Part shown: positions 25,301 through 38,580 of the stretch, one piece after another
How the letters are laid out: the number at the start of each line of letters is the position of its first letter
Numbering within the stretch: position 1 is the stretch's first letter
Assembly (NCBI GenBank): GCA_964199315.1
Contig: OZ116698.1
Location: 11,160,001 to 11,224,000, forward strand
Source of the DNA: Orbicella franksi
Taxonomy: Eukaryota
Direction: 5' to 3'
Length of the DNA stretch: 64,000 bases
The notes under the pieces: model-generated
Told to the model about the DNA's origin: nothing
Database searches by the model: none
Seen by the model: the letters and a program-made list of their open reading frames with translations, nothing else
Position numbers and translations under genes: made by a program

Positions 25301-26301
25301 CGCTGTATCCCGGATGAAAAATTTTCCCGAAAGCCGTATAAGAAATCTTTTATTGACCAAGCTTGTTACGGGGGTTCGGTCAAGATAGCTGGATATTGGC
25401 ACCGTTCTTTTTACTACGAGTTTATATACCTCGACTCCGGCTCGGTCCATAAACTTGACGCAAAAAAAAATAGCTTGGCCAATATCCAGCCATTTTGACC
25501 GAACCAGCTTGGTCAATAATAGACTACGAGTAGTCCCTCTTTCGCTTAGTCTGTCGTGCATGACGCGAAAGAAAACTGCGAGGAAAAAAATGGCCGCGAG
25601 AAATCCTGCGCGCTCCTCACCCCCCAGGATTTCGAGCGGCCATTTTTTTCTCGCAGTTTTCTTTCGCGTAACGCACGACAGACTAAGCGAAAGAGGGACT
25701 ACTCGTAGTCTAGGTCAATAACCCATATATATTTACAAGTTTTGGGACAAATTTTTATACCGACTAAGTATTTTCGGACCAATTCTTGCAGTACCAATTT
25801 TAGACAAAATTACGAAAACTGTGATTCAGAAAAACAATTTAAATTAGGCAAGTACTTCAGGCGAAAAAGGCCTGAACTGCATGGCGGATCCTGGTTCAGC
25901 GTAAGAATTACGATTGCGACGGATCACCGGCAGGAGAAATTTGAGAAATTCTGGTTAATTAAACCCCTAAAACCCATAAATCACTCCTTTTTGGAGTATT
26001 CGATTAGAATAATACCTGTGTGTATGGGGTACCTTCCAGTCATCAGAGCTGATCTTGTTGGTGTACACAGTGGTAGCACATAGTAATTATCCAAGATCAC
26101 TCCTTCACTGGCCAGCTTGTCGATGTTTGGAGTTTTTATGACCGAGCCATGGAAGCCGACATCGCTCCAGCCAAGATCATCCGCGAGGATGAACAGAATG
26201 TGAGGAGGTTTAGAATTCTTCGAACCATGTGACAGTACAGAGTTGGGGAACAAGATAAACAGGAGAAGAGTAGCTACATGACATAAGAAATCCGCTATCA
26301 T
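19357..26301 (-). CDS. ARSB: Arylsulfatase B-like sulfatase, copy A; 7 exons, 503 aa, intact
   Basis: Exons 26016-26301, 23194-23280, 22429-22640, 21677-21888, 21206-21426, 19794-20065, 19357-19578 (GT-AG, phases consistent). Signal peptide, LADDLG, formylglycine motif [29 protein letters not shown]. The symbol is family-level (ARSB/I/J), not proven orthology. Confidence 0.93.
20241..20811. mobile_element. Tc1/pogo-type non-autonomous element in intron 5 of sulfatase A
   Basis: Ends ta-caatggaagctctc...gggctttcactg-ta; absent from the otherwise alignable intron 5 of copy B. Confidence 0.7.
23565..24980 (-). mobile_element. Inactivated CR1/L2-group LINE fragment (2A-like motif, PHD finger, APE endonuclease; RT absent) in intron 1 of sulfatase A
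   Basis: ORFs 24300-24980 and 23565-24284 are one frame broken by TAG at the SET(W)L motif. PHD: [28 protein letters not shown] motifs: HLNV, SET, GGFN (catalytic Asp of GDFN changed to Gly), TIDLIF, SDH. Absent from copy B intron 1. Confidence 0.88.
25520..25712. mobile_element. 193-bp near-palindromic MITE with 9-bp TSD, nested in another repeat
   Basis: Ends tagactacgagtagtccctctttcgcttagtc / gactaagcgaaagagggactactcgtagtcta; flanks ggtcaataa at 25511-25519 and 25713-25721. The host repeat spans about 25230-25730. Confidence 0.92.
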
Positions 26302-26990
26302 TTTGTACTACTCTCAGCCCTATATAAATAATAAATTGTTTTTACCACTTTATTGCAGGTCGGGTCAAAGGTATAATCGTATCACACTACAAACATAACA
26401 TCAAATATAAAAATAGCTATGTCGTCTTGTACTTTGAAGAACGGGAAAACGAGGCTGAAGAAGTGAGAGGGCAGGGAAGGACTGGGGGAAAGGCAAGTGA
26501 ATTCTGCTCCGGTATACGGGTGAAATATTACACATTTTACATTTTCAGATATCCAAAAATGTTCCTGAGTTAAAATTGTGTTCCTGACGGCACTGTACAG
26601 ACTGAAGCTGTTGTAAATCACAAAGGCAAGGCTAGGTGACAAGGGAGATGAAAGACATATACGGCATGATCTTACTTTTCAGATCACGAGATATTGATCT
26701 TTGTTTATATCGCGGTTGATAGCCAAGAGAATTGTAGAGGGGGCCTATTGTAATCAAACTTCTCCATCGGTGTCGAGGTAGTTCACTGTGCGGAAATCAA
26801 CAATTGAAACGGCACAGGAATCCAAACAACCAACGGCGGTGTTTTAAAATGGTGTAGCACAAAAGGGTCATAAAAACACGAGAGGAAATTGTAAAATTTA
26901 ATTCCACTTCTTTTTTTATTTAAACCCCATTGTTACTTGACAAATATTATTGCGGCTTAAACAAGAGTGGTTCTGTAAATTCATGACTTT

Positions 26991-29900
26991 TCAGTCTTGC
27001 CAAGGACCCCAACAATCGTTTTTTTCAGCAGCCTTTCTCGCCTCTGGATCAGGTGGCTTGTTGAGTGGTGTGACTGCGCTCTCCACATAATACGCCATTC
27101 TTTCTTTTAGTTTCTGAACTACATCCGGGTACTTGCTGCTCAAGTCGTTGCGCTCATTTGGGTCAGCGGTTAAATTGTAAAGAGCGACTTCAATTCTGTC
27201 TTGTTTGGCGACATGATCCTACATCAATTCAGGAAAAAAACTATTAAGGGTCTATTAAGCTATTATAGCTATTTATGGTTATTCATTTCATCTAGTAGAG
27301 CAAGCATTACCGATAGAATATCACTCCACCCTTACTTCCCGTTACTCTTAACATTTTGAAGCTACCAAACTCTATTAGTTTAAAAACAAAAAATAAACGT
27401 ACCAACAACAAAAGTTCTCTATTGAGATCATCTTCAATTAACTGTAACCCAGTCTCTCGATCATTGAGCCTCTCTTCCAGTTCGGGTGGCTTAAACCACG
27501 TGACATTGGGAACGTTTAACAGTATCTTCATCTGCCCCACACGCAATGCGGACCCTTGGGTGGTATCGATGTTTATGAGAACTTCATTCCTTGGCGAGGG
27601 TTTACCAGACGAGATTGTCTCCCACACATCAAAACCGTCAGCAGGTTTGGGATGTTTAGGATCGAAGCTTCCTCCTAACAGCGAAAAATAATCGAACTTG
27701 AAATGCTACATAAAAAATATTTCTCTGAGTTACAAGAGAGTGGTTATTGGACATTATCAGTCCAAAACCACGGCCCTGTCGTCTTTGGAAGTCTTCAGTA
27801 TGTCAAATCAGTCAATATTATTTATATAAACACAACACAAGTACAAAGATTTACCAGGGTTTACATCTATGCATTAAAACAAGTTTTTCAAGACGAGTTC
27901 GCAACCCAGTTTTAAACAAACCAAGGCTTGAACTAAGCTCCTCACAATGGCAGAAATTTTTGCCGAATACCAAGAGCAATGCAAACGCTACTAAGATAAT
28001 TCTTAATACATCATAACTACTCCATTTTATAAAAAAAATTTACAACAAGTGATTTTTCAATGTTTTGTTTAAAGGCTTCTTTCAAAGGTTTGCAAACACC
28101 GTCCATTTTTGGGGATGGGGACAGGGTTCTTCGAATAAAATAGAAATCAAAATGATATTTTATGTTCTTCTCTTCACAAAACAGTCTTCGCTGTAATATA
28201 ATTTCGCAAGCTGCACGCAAAATTCCTTGCGTACCGCGTACCTGCCAGGTTGATTAGGGTTGGGTACCAGTCCGTCACGTGCAACAACTCTGCGTTCCTC
28301 ACACCTCTCCGTTCCAGTAAATTACCATAGACAAATCCGGTCCCTCTGGCCCCTCCCTCCCAAATAGTGTGTTTTGTTCCACGAAGTGGCCAGTTGAACC
28401 CTCCTGAACTAGGTAAACCTCCGTTGTCCGTACTAAAAATAACAAGCGTGTCATTCCATAATCTGCAAATAGAAACAGCTTTAGTAAGATTTCTAGCCAA
28501 ACCAGGATCTCTAAAATGTGTATGTGCGGTGTGTGTTAAAGTTTGTTTTCACGGCAGTAGAGCTTTTTCTGTTTGTACTTAATATATATGTTTGGAGGCT
28601 TGCGATGTTTATTTGAATGCGTACAGTTTACATAGCATTCTTATTTCCACCAAATTCTCCATCGTAGGGTCAGCGTCATAATGGTCATTTAGAAACGTGT
28701 TATGCAATCAAATGTTTTTCGCTGCATACCCTGCTGAGGTGAAAACCTCGGTAATGTTTCCCACTGCCTCATCCAAGATGTCTACCATACCAGCGTAACG
28801 TCTTCTAAGATCGTCTTTGATGAAACTGTATTTATCGACATATTGCTGAGGCGCTTGGACTGGAGAATGAACGTTTTGAAAGGCCATGTACATGAATAAG
28901 GGCTGCTGTGGATCATGTGACTTAACTATCTTTTCCAACCTCTGAAAATATACCAGATTTTCGTTAAAACCGCAAGGAATTTTGTTAACCACTTACTTCC
29001 AAAATATTTTTTCAACGGGTTCTGAGGTAGACATTCATCTTATAAACGAATGGTTTTCTCTGCGTTCGAGCTTAATGGCCCGTCAGGCTGCCGATTATCT
29101 TCGGTTTTCGTAGAATGAAGTGACTAGGAGTATTTCTGCTCCCCCTGGATGCGATGTAACATCATCACAGGGATGCTCCCAGTATTTGATTCTCCGTCAC
29201 CCATTTATATATCTGAACGGAGAAAGGTACATAGTGTTGCCCAAGAACACAATACGTTGAACTCAGCTAGAGCTCGAGCCTGCACCACACGATCCGGTTT
29301 TCAGCGTGCTAAACACTAGAGAACTACGCTTCCCTCACACGTTTTGATAGACTTTGTGTATATGTCACTTGTTTTTCGAAACAAAAAATTAAGCTAGTTA
29401 TATGCATAAACGATTAATGGCCCGCCTAGATTAGCGCTTGCTATCCGCTGGCCAATTAACCTGTAATTTTAAAATGAAGGAGAATAAAGATTACTGCTGT
29501 TGTTTACCAGAAGACTAAGATAATTCAAAAGATTAACGCTGTCAAAGGCACGTTCACTGAATCACATAACGCAATATTATAATACTCATTCAGTTTAGAT
29601 CATGTAGTCGGGGATCGGAGGGAGGGGTCATATATCCAGGGAGTCTTATAACGGGAATACTGTTGCAATAAACAGGGCCTAAACAGGGCCAGGCTCAGTT
29701 CGCAAGAGGGAATGTACGGTATGCTAGAGAGGTTTACCTCCATGTACGCATACATGGCGTATGTGCCTCCGTAGTTCCTCGCAGGCTCTGTTCCATCATG
29801 GAAATCTAAAAATCCTTCAACCGAGTGAGAGTAGTGGCTCTCTGAACCATCCCAGAATCCAAACGAGGAGTCAAAGCCTCTTTTTGTAGGAACGTAAGGC

Positions 29901-31355
29901 CACTTGTAGAAACCAAGATGCCACTTGCCTACCAAGTGTGTGGCATAACCTACAACAAGAGAAGCATTCCTAAGGAAATCTGTTTCAGTCCAAATGTTCT
30001 TTTGGAATATAGGGAGTTTTGTGGCACTTAAAGACAAGTTCAGAAAAAAAAATTTTTTGCATGAAGCCGTCGTTTACTTTACTTGAGTGATCAATAACTA
30101 GGCCGATGTCTGCTGATACGGCTCTCACACTCACCAACTTTTTTCAGTTCTTGAGGTAGAAGACTGTACTCTAACGGCAACCCAAAGGGGTCTGGAGGGT
30201 GTATTACATCATGCTGCATACCTAAAAAAATAAAATGAAATAAACGCTCACCAAAATAAGAGTGATGGCCGGTGAATATGCTTTCCAGTGAACATGCTAT
30301 AATTTGTTTCTAGGCAACAAGCTGTAATCAATCAGACTAGAATGCGTGTCTAACCTCGAAGTCAATCAGAATAACGTAACGTGACTTCCAGAATTTTTGG
30401 CTAAGAGCGCAAAATCTGACCTTAAATTCATTTCTTTGTTTTACTAACAGCCCCCCCCCCCCCCCCCAACCCTCCTCCTCCTCCTCCCAAGCCACGATGC
30501 TGTTTATTCGTAAAAGAAAACCGGAATGAACACGCCATCAGGCTCCATTCGTGTAAATGTCCTGTTTGACATCTCTCACCTGTGACGCCTAACTTTATTC
30601 CGAGCTATTATAATTATTGCCACCTTGCCTGTACATATATACAAACAAAACTTATCGTTATTATATTTCTAACTTGACAACAATGTCAAGATGACATCGA
30701 AACGTCGTTTTTTAGCGTTGAAAAGTTATTGTGAAATTTTTATTATTTCTGTTTAATTTTTGACTTTGACCGATGTTACTAGTGAAGTCCATGAAATATA
30801 ACAATTATAAGAATCTTTCTCCGCCTGAGTTAACTTTTAAACCTGGCAATACTAGCTAGCAAGTGTTTTGATTCGCCCAAAGTTCAACAACGGGAGAGAA
30901 ACTAGTTCTAACCATGAAAAACGTCCACGGGTCGGTTAATAACAATCTTAAACTTTCTTGTGGCTGTTCATTTTGTTACAAAATTCTCCAAGGTGGGTTA
31001 AAAGAGAAGCGTTGTGTGATATCTTACAGTAGAATGTTAGATTTTCCCATTTTTGCGGCATTCTTTTTATACCTGTGTGTATGGGGTACCTTCCAGTCAT
31101 CAGAGCTGATCTTGTTGGTGTACACAGTGGTAGCACATAGTAATTATCGAGGATCACTCCTTCACTGGCCAGCTTGTCGATGTTTGGAGTTTTTATGACC
31201 GAGCCATGGAAGCTGACATCGCTCCAGCCAAGATCATCCGCGAGGATGAACAGAATGTGAGGAGGTTTAGAATTTTTCGAACCATGTAACAGTACAGAGT
31301 TGAGGAACAAGATGAAAAGAAGGAGAACCGCTGCTTGACTTGCCAAAAACGCCAT
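26991..31355 (-). CDS. ARSB: Arylsulfatase B-like sulfatase, copy B; 7 exons, 504 aa, intact
   Basis: Exons 31073-31355, 30135-30221, 29738-29949, 28730-28941, 28242-28462, 27403-27674, 26991-27218. Same intron positions and phases and same catalytic motifs as copy A. The start [14 protein letters not shown] is the signal-peptide Met; the longer upstream ORF is read-through into 5' flank. Confidence 0.93.
29071..29337 (-). mobile_element. Degenerate SINE copy in intron 3 of sulfatase B
   Basis: Colinear similarity to 8051-8300 (tggccc.tcagg, ggagtatttct, ccctggatg, cccatttata, ttgcccaagaacaca). Confidence 0.55.
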
Positions 31356-32585
31356 TACACCGTAAGGATATGCCGGAAACAAATCACATGACCGTGTGAC
31401 CCGGCTCGGTATGCAGACATTATGCAGACATTCTTTTCCGGTCACGTACAGAAATCCTCCGCAATTTTCTCTTTTCAACTATTACTTGCCTCAGTGAATT
31501 TTTGGGTTGGCCCTTTTAACAATTAATTATTTAATACGGGAGCTCACTTCAGCTAGATGAGGGATATATTGAGGAATTTGACTGACAAGCTCGAAAATCC
31601 CTGGAGGGGGTAGCCTCATACTCAGAAGTTCTTTGCGTGACGAGCCCTAGGCTAGGGGTGAGGGACTTCGTTATGAAAGGACCGGGATGCTCGTCGTCTC
31701 GCTTAGGCGGGGAGGGACGGGGGAAGGGCGGTGCAAATCACGAACTGTGGTCTCACTTAGGGTGTTCAGGACCAACTGGGTTCCAAACGTTTTACTTGTC
31801 AAAGTATCGTCCGTCTACCTAGGGTTACCCGCGAAAAAGGTAATAAACATCAGACACCATCATTCTGTTTTGGTTCCATCTGGTGATCTAAGTCGAATAG
31901 AAAGGAAATCAGTTCTCGTGTCCTCATCTTTTACCGGTCAAATGATGCTTGAGCCAAAAAAGAAAATAATAATAATGATAATAATGCGTGAGCCACGCCC
32001 AGACTGGTCTCCTTTTGGGGTTTAATTTAAACTTTGCTTCGAACATCAGAGTCTCCCCCTGCAAGGTCGAAGTGCATAATTACGTCCGCTTGCTCAAACT
32101 TCTGCCAAGCATCGATTTCACGAATTCCTCTGAAACCACTAGTGAGTACTACCACTAGTGACACCTTCATGGCAACTGCTTCTTGTCCGGTTTGAGAACT
32201 CGTTATTACGAAATTTAAAAATGTTTACAAATGTGGACGTCGATGGCGAGACTGGGGGGGAGAGGGTGAAATTAGCTAGTCTGGCATAAACACACATAAA
32301 GGCTGTTTCATGAAGCGGTCGCGTACCTCGCACGTCCTCTGTTCGTTATTCTGGGTCGTCACGATGGCGTTGCGTGACGAGCACTAAACACCATGCATGC
32401 ATAATGTGCGTGTCTTATCGAGTTACAAATGTCGCATGATAGTCACGAGTTGACAAAACAAAAGCAACACAAAATAATAATATCCTACAATAGGTCTTGT
32501 CTAACATTAGCTACCATTTCGAAGCCACTCTGCAAGGAGGGTAGGAGCTGGACTTCGAAATATTCGCTGCGATCGTCTTCAAAAC

Positions 32586-35500
32586 ATGGCAGTTTGGATT
32601 TTACAAGCAGCATCTCTACTTCTAATTTCCTATTCGTTTCGCTTGGTCGACGGTCTAGAAAAATCGAGGCCTCCAAACATTCTGTTTCTTCTCGCGGATG
32701 ACCTGGGTTGGTATGATGTCGGATACCACAATCCCAAGATACAAACTCCCAACATCAACAAGCTGGTCAAAGGCGGTGTTTTACTGGATAATTACTACGT
32801 GCAGCAAGTATGCACACCAACACGGGGATCCGTGATGACTGGACGATATCCTATACATACAGGTATCTAGAAACCGGTTAATACGGTCAGTCCTCATTAA
32901 CTCAAAATGAACGGCTCGGAATTCGTTTCATCGATATAAAGACTAAAGCGTGACTAAAGCGTGCAATTAAAAAGTATAACATATACCTTGAATTAGACAT
33001 TGGCCGTTCTTATACAAAAGATGCATCATCCGTCTGGACGAATTATCCTTCAAAATGCGTCTTTAACAACGCACTACGAGAGATAGTTCGTCTGGACGCA
33101 TAATACATCTTGTGCCCGTCTTTCTATTAGAGGCGCATAACCAGACGAACTACAGATGTTTGCCCAAGCTCGTCCAGATGGATAACACGTCTTTAGCTAG
33201 TATAAAAACGGCCAATTGTGTTCTAGCCTGCACAGAACACTCACTTTAGCAGGCTAATTGTGTTCATGTAACTGATTGCGTGCGTGTAAATAGTCAAATT
33301 GTGTCGCATTAGAATTGATGTTCCTTTCTCAGTTCCAACAGCAGCAAAATAACATTTATATAGGCCTTGATTTGAATAAAACCACTCCAATTTGTAGAAA
33401 TATTTTGTTTTCTACGAACAGAGTACATTACAAAATAGTAGTCAAAAATGAAAGTGACTCGAAAATCTTTGCAGATTATAAGTCCCGTGACAGTCACAGA
33501 AACGTTTCCGGTCTTTCCGGCGTATGTGTTAAATCTGGATTGTCTTAAACCTTTTTTAAACAGGCTTAGATTAGTTATATATTAAATAAAAGAAAGTCAG
33601 TACGCGGTTCCTGGTGGAACAAACAAAGCTCTTCGTGTTATCAGCGGGTCTCACGGTTTGTAAAGCAAGGTTCCACTGTAATTTTGTTCGATAATAGCCG
33701 ATTACAGACATTATACAATCCGGAATCGGGTGCAGTCACGTGTTCCTCTTCAACTGTTGACTGAAGCCCCGTCCACACTAGCCTGCGGTGCAGCTGGACG
33801 TGCACAAAATCCTTGATATAGTCCGTCGGTACAGACTCTCTGTGATGCAGGCTACCTCCACACTAATGCTTTTCCGATACGACGCGTTTTCGCTGATGCG
33901 TTTCGATTCCGTTATTCAAAATTCTCACTCTGCTTGCAGGGTACCAGTTTGAATGTTGACACACAAAGACAAGACTCAAAACTTGTTTTGTCTCTCTGCC
34001 ACCAGGTCTCCAACATGCTGTTATCCATCCCAAGGACCCGTTCGGGCTGCCTCTGGACTTTGACTTGTTGCCGCAGAAACTAAAACAAGCTGGTAAGTAT
34101 TTTTATGCCAGTGAGACGTTTTTAACGGAAAATATATCTGGGGGCAACCAAAGGCATGCAGATTTGAATAACAACTATGATCCCCATTTAATCATGTTAT
34201 TATAAACACTGTCGGAAGGAAAATACAATAGAAGAGTGTTCATGAGGTCTGTTTTGACTGGATAATGTAAGGTATGTTTGGTAACGTCCATATTTCTAAC
34301 ACTTTGGGTATATGTGCATGTAAACTTACAATGGCGAGGGTTAAACTAACAAGTTATAAATTTGCGAAACTGAAGAATTCAAGAGAAACATGCGATACAT
34401 CTTGCAGGTTTTTGAAAGCGATTCAAAAATCTGCAACATTGTTACCCAAGTTTACAATGTTGAGTTAAAAATCGTCTCGTGTAACATGCCGTTGCCAAGG
34501 GATACGTGATTAGCTGATTTTATTTTCCGTGAAAGGTGAATTTAGGAAATTATTCTTCGTGATCCGTGACCTGAAGGTTTTCTATGACCCGTGAAGAACT
34601 TGAATTAGTGTATACCACACAAGTGAATAGTGCTTTTCGCGCGCTCTGATTGGTTAGCTCGGAGGTGATTAACAATTACTATTCATCTCCGAGCAGCCGG
34701 CGTGAGAGATTTTAAAATTTCCGACCGCTTGTCACACATAAAATAACGTTTTGGTCCGCTAATTATTCAGCTTGTGTGGTATATACTAAAACAATTATTC
34801 ACCTTAGTGTCGGTGAAAGTGATGGATATCTACCTCCACTTCGGTGAATAATTGTTAATTATTAACCGATTTGCAATATGGAGCCTTGACTTTGCCTTTC
34901 ACGATCTTGCTTTCTTCGAACACTCTTTTAGTGTAAGTCTTTTAGTGTAAGAACAGATTATTAAAAAGAGTATCTTACTTGCTTATTTTCCTGATTCGGA
35001 AGAACGAAATTTTTATATCCGTGATCCCTGATCCTCTATATTTTCCGTTCGTGAACCGTGCCAGAGACCCCTTGTACAACCCTCGTTGCCGAACTTTGCC
35101 GCGACAAAGTTGCGTCAAAAGTTGTCTCTTGTAACATGGAAAAAAAATTGGCGTCAAAAACCGGCTCGTGTAACATCATTTTAATTTTTTTTTTTCGATA
35201 GGTTATGCCACTCACTTGGTAGGCAAGTGGCATCTTGGTTTCTACAAGTGGCCTTATGTTCCAACTAAGAGAGGTTTTGACACCGCTTACGGATTCTGGG
35301 ACGGTTCCGAGGGCCACTTCAATCACAAACGGTTAGGAGTGGTTGACTTTCGTGACAATTTGGAGCCAGTGCTGGATTTGAACGGCACTTATGCTACCAA
35401 TGCCTATGTGAATGTGAGTAAATGTTAGTATTTTGTATAACGAATGTAAGTACCAACTGACCACACTCATAGTCTCACCATGTAGGAGTCTTGTTACTCC

Positions 35501-38500
35501 CCAAGGATGGGATACTAGTTCATCCCAGATTATCCTCAAAGAACGTTTCACCCGCGGGTAAAAAAAGCAGATGGGTGACATGAAGCTACTTCAGATCTTA
35601 GAGTGACATTATGCCAATGCTCAAAGGGTTATTATACTCCCAAACTGAAGTTTCAGATGCTTAACTCGTTGTTATTTGTTTGATATGTTGGTAAAGACTT
35701 GTCCATCGTATGACTTCCTTTTTTTCGCAGCGAGTGGAGAGAATCCTACAAACACATGACTCCTCACAGCCGCTATTCATGTACATGGCGTTCCAAAACG
35801 TCCACGCGCCGATCCAGGCTCCAGAGAAGTACATTGAAAAGTACGAATTTATAAAGGACAAAACGAGAAGAGTACACGCTGCCATGGCAGATATCTTGGA
35901 TGAGGCTGTGGGTAACATAACAGACGCATTTAAAACAGCAGGGTTAGTAGCAGGAGAAACGATTTGGGACTCAAGGTGGCTCAAAACAGCTTACAGCACT
36001 TAGATTTTGATGGGTTCTTATAACCACTTTATATCACTTGATGCTACAATCATGGTATCAAAAAACTGCCCAATCATTGATGAACACGTTGTCGTCATTT
36101 TCGTGACACAATAGGTTACTATAGCAACAGTACGACCGGCAAAAAACACTCTTAATTACAGCTTTAGGGGCTTGTAATTCAAAAACGGCACAGTGAAATT
36201 TTATTATATTATCAAATTTTAATAAACATGGTACTACGCAACTTTTGGCAAAGTTTTAAAAAAATCTATACATAGGGTTCAGAGCCACCTTGAATTTTCA
36301 AAACTTTAAGGACAATATCAGACAGACAGTTGAACCAAACTGTTGCACTTGGTTAATTTACTAGTGATGTTGTACAAGTGTGCTAAGTTTCAGGGGCATC
36401 GCTGATGTGCATTGTAGACTTGCCTGCATGGTCCTCTCAGGTGGACTCTCTCTCAAAACGTTCATTCAAGGGAGATAGTGCGCAACAGGAAGTGATTTGA
36501 TCGTTTTGTTTATCGACAGTGATGGCGGAAGGAGATTAAAAGGATCGGTTTCAGATGCAATTTTAAGGCATCTCTTCGCATCATTATATTGATGTTAAAA
36601 TCTCACTGATGGCAAAATGGTTACTATGCGAAAATGAGAGATGTATTCAACCATATCTTCATATTATTTGATCATCTTTTTAGGTTATGGAACGACACAA
36701 TTTTGATATTCAGCACGGACAACGGAGGTCTTCCATTTTATGGCGGATACAATTGGCCTCTTCGAGGAAAGAAAACGACATTATGGGAGGGAGGGGTTAG
36801 AGGAGTTGGATTTGTGCACAGCAATCTGCTGGCGAGGACGGGAGTCACGTGTAAGGAACTGTTGCACGCGACGGACTGGTACCCAACCATTCTGGGACTG
36901 GCTGGTAAGAGCAAATTAAAAGAATAATCAATGAGTTGTATGCCGAATAAAAGCAACGGAGAAATAGAGGATATTACATGGCAACGCTTGGATACGAATG
37001 TTATCTTCGAGTGCTGATGGTATCTCCCACAAGTGCGACCTAAAATGCAAAAAGCATCCTTGCTTGTTACCCTGGAGTCTGAAATAACAATTGAAAATCT
37101 GCGACCTCGCGAGGTGTAGGGAGAATCAATGATTCGAGGGTTAAAAAGTTTTTATTACAAACTGATATATCAGTGTGATAAAAGCCGTGAATAAAATCCA
37201 TACCAACGGGGAAGTGATACGATATTATTTCGCGCGGGGGATTGATACGATATCACTTCCCGGCTTCTATTATCCAATTAAATATATATAGATTATTACA
37301 TGTCAAGGGTCTGATATCGTTTTGATTCACAAGTATTTAATACCATATCACGAGCGAACGAGTCTTCTTGTTAATGTATTTTTCCTCTATAGGGGTGACA
37401 AGCATAGATAAAAGTCCTATTCCGCTAGATGGACATGATGTGTGGGACACGATTTCGCTCGGGAAACCTTCTCCGCGCACTGAAATATTACATAACATTG
37501 ATCTGTCTGGCGCTGTCCCACCAGCGTCTGATATTTTGGGTGGTTATACCGGGATCGCTCTCAGGATGGGCGAAATGAAGCTATTGATGAATGTGCCTAA
37601 TGACACGTGGTATAAGCCGCCGGAGCTCGGTGGCAAACCGGAAAGCGAAGTTCCTTTGGATGCAGAGCTTGAGTTTCCGGATGTGGTAAGGCGTGTTCTC
37701 TCCACCTTTTTATTTATATAACGGAAGCCAATAGATCTCTGCCAATTTCAATTTCCTATCAAGGTTGGTAGTCTGTTTCTTAATTTTAAAACAATGTTTG
37801 GTAACTCGTGAAGGACTTGCAATTTGTAACGTCCAAATCAAGCATAATTTGAGCGCTTCTTGCGAGTTCTTATGTCAGACTGACATAGCAAGGAGATGTC
37901 GAGGTACCTCAATAAACGGTATAGAAATCGTTTATTTATTAGCAGCTTGGCTTGTCAACGTGAACTCTCGAACACATGAAATCTTTAGCTTCACAGTTCT
38001 CGTGAAACTGAAGCTAACAGCTTTTTCGATTGCTTGTAGCCGCGAATGCTGCTTAATAATAACGTGTCACGCTATCGTGGAAGCAAGGGAGTATCTGAGG
38101 AGTGACATTCCATCAAGGCTGTTGTTTAATTATCAAGAGCATGGAACTTCATGATAGTAACGACTAGTGTGTAACGTTCAGAAATATTAACGTATACATG
38201 GGGGTTGACGTTCATTACTTGCTTTTCTATGGCAATTAGTCATTATCTTGGATAAGCAAACTGAAATATTCAATACTTTTTTACAACAATTTTATGCCAG
38301 TAACCAAAAAATCCGCTTCAAACTCGGACACTTTTCACGTCATGAACTTAGTCGTCTTTTGTTGCAGGTCGATTTTTTGGAAGTTGCGCTTTATAACATA
38401 ACCGCTGACCCAGAAGAACGCACAGATCTGAGTAAAACACTCCCAGATGTTGTTAAGAAGATGCAGACGAGAGTGAAGGATTACATGAAGTCTTCAGTGC

Positions 38501-38580
38501 CGCCGCTTTATCAAAAGCCTGATCCTGAGGCGTTGAAGACTGCTAAGAAAAATGGAATATGGGGCCCTTGGAGAGACTGA
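32586..38580 (+). CDS. ARSB: Arylsulfatase B-like sulfatase, copy C; 7 exons, 504 aa, intact, divergently transcribed from copy B
   Basis: Exons 32586-32862, 34006-34092, 35202-35413, 35731-35942, 36684-36904, 37393-37685, 38368-38580. Signal peptide, [35 protein letters not shown]. Confidence 0.93.
32999..33216. mobile_element. MITE in intron 1 of sulfatase C
   Basis: TIRs attggccgttcttatac / gtataaaaacggccaat. Confidence 0.65.

Noticed and set aside
25160-26083. Several 75-133 aa ORFs on both strands
   Set aside because: They arise from nested palindromic MITE sequence and the antisense of sulfatase A exon 1.
30948-31478. 176-aa ORF implying an N-terminal extension on sulfatase B
   Set aside because: It starts at a TTG, and the real signal-peptide Met at 31355 aligns with the starts of copies A and C; the 3' part reads into intron 1.
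32356-32380. TCGTCACG-N9-CGTGACGA palindrome kept at 56931-56955 with a different spacer; looked like a dimeric TF or split CLEAR site
   Set aside because: The arms match the inverted ends of a MITE family I recall as common in coral genomes (gtcgtcacgcaacgctc / gagcgttgcgtgacga), so TE origin explains the symmetry.
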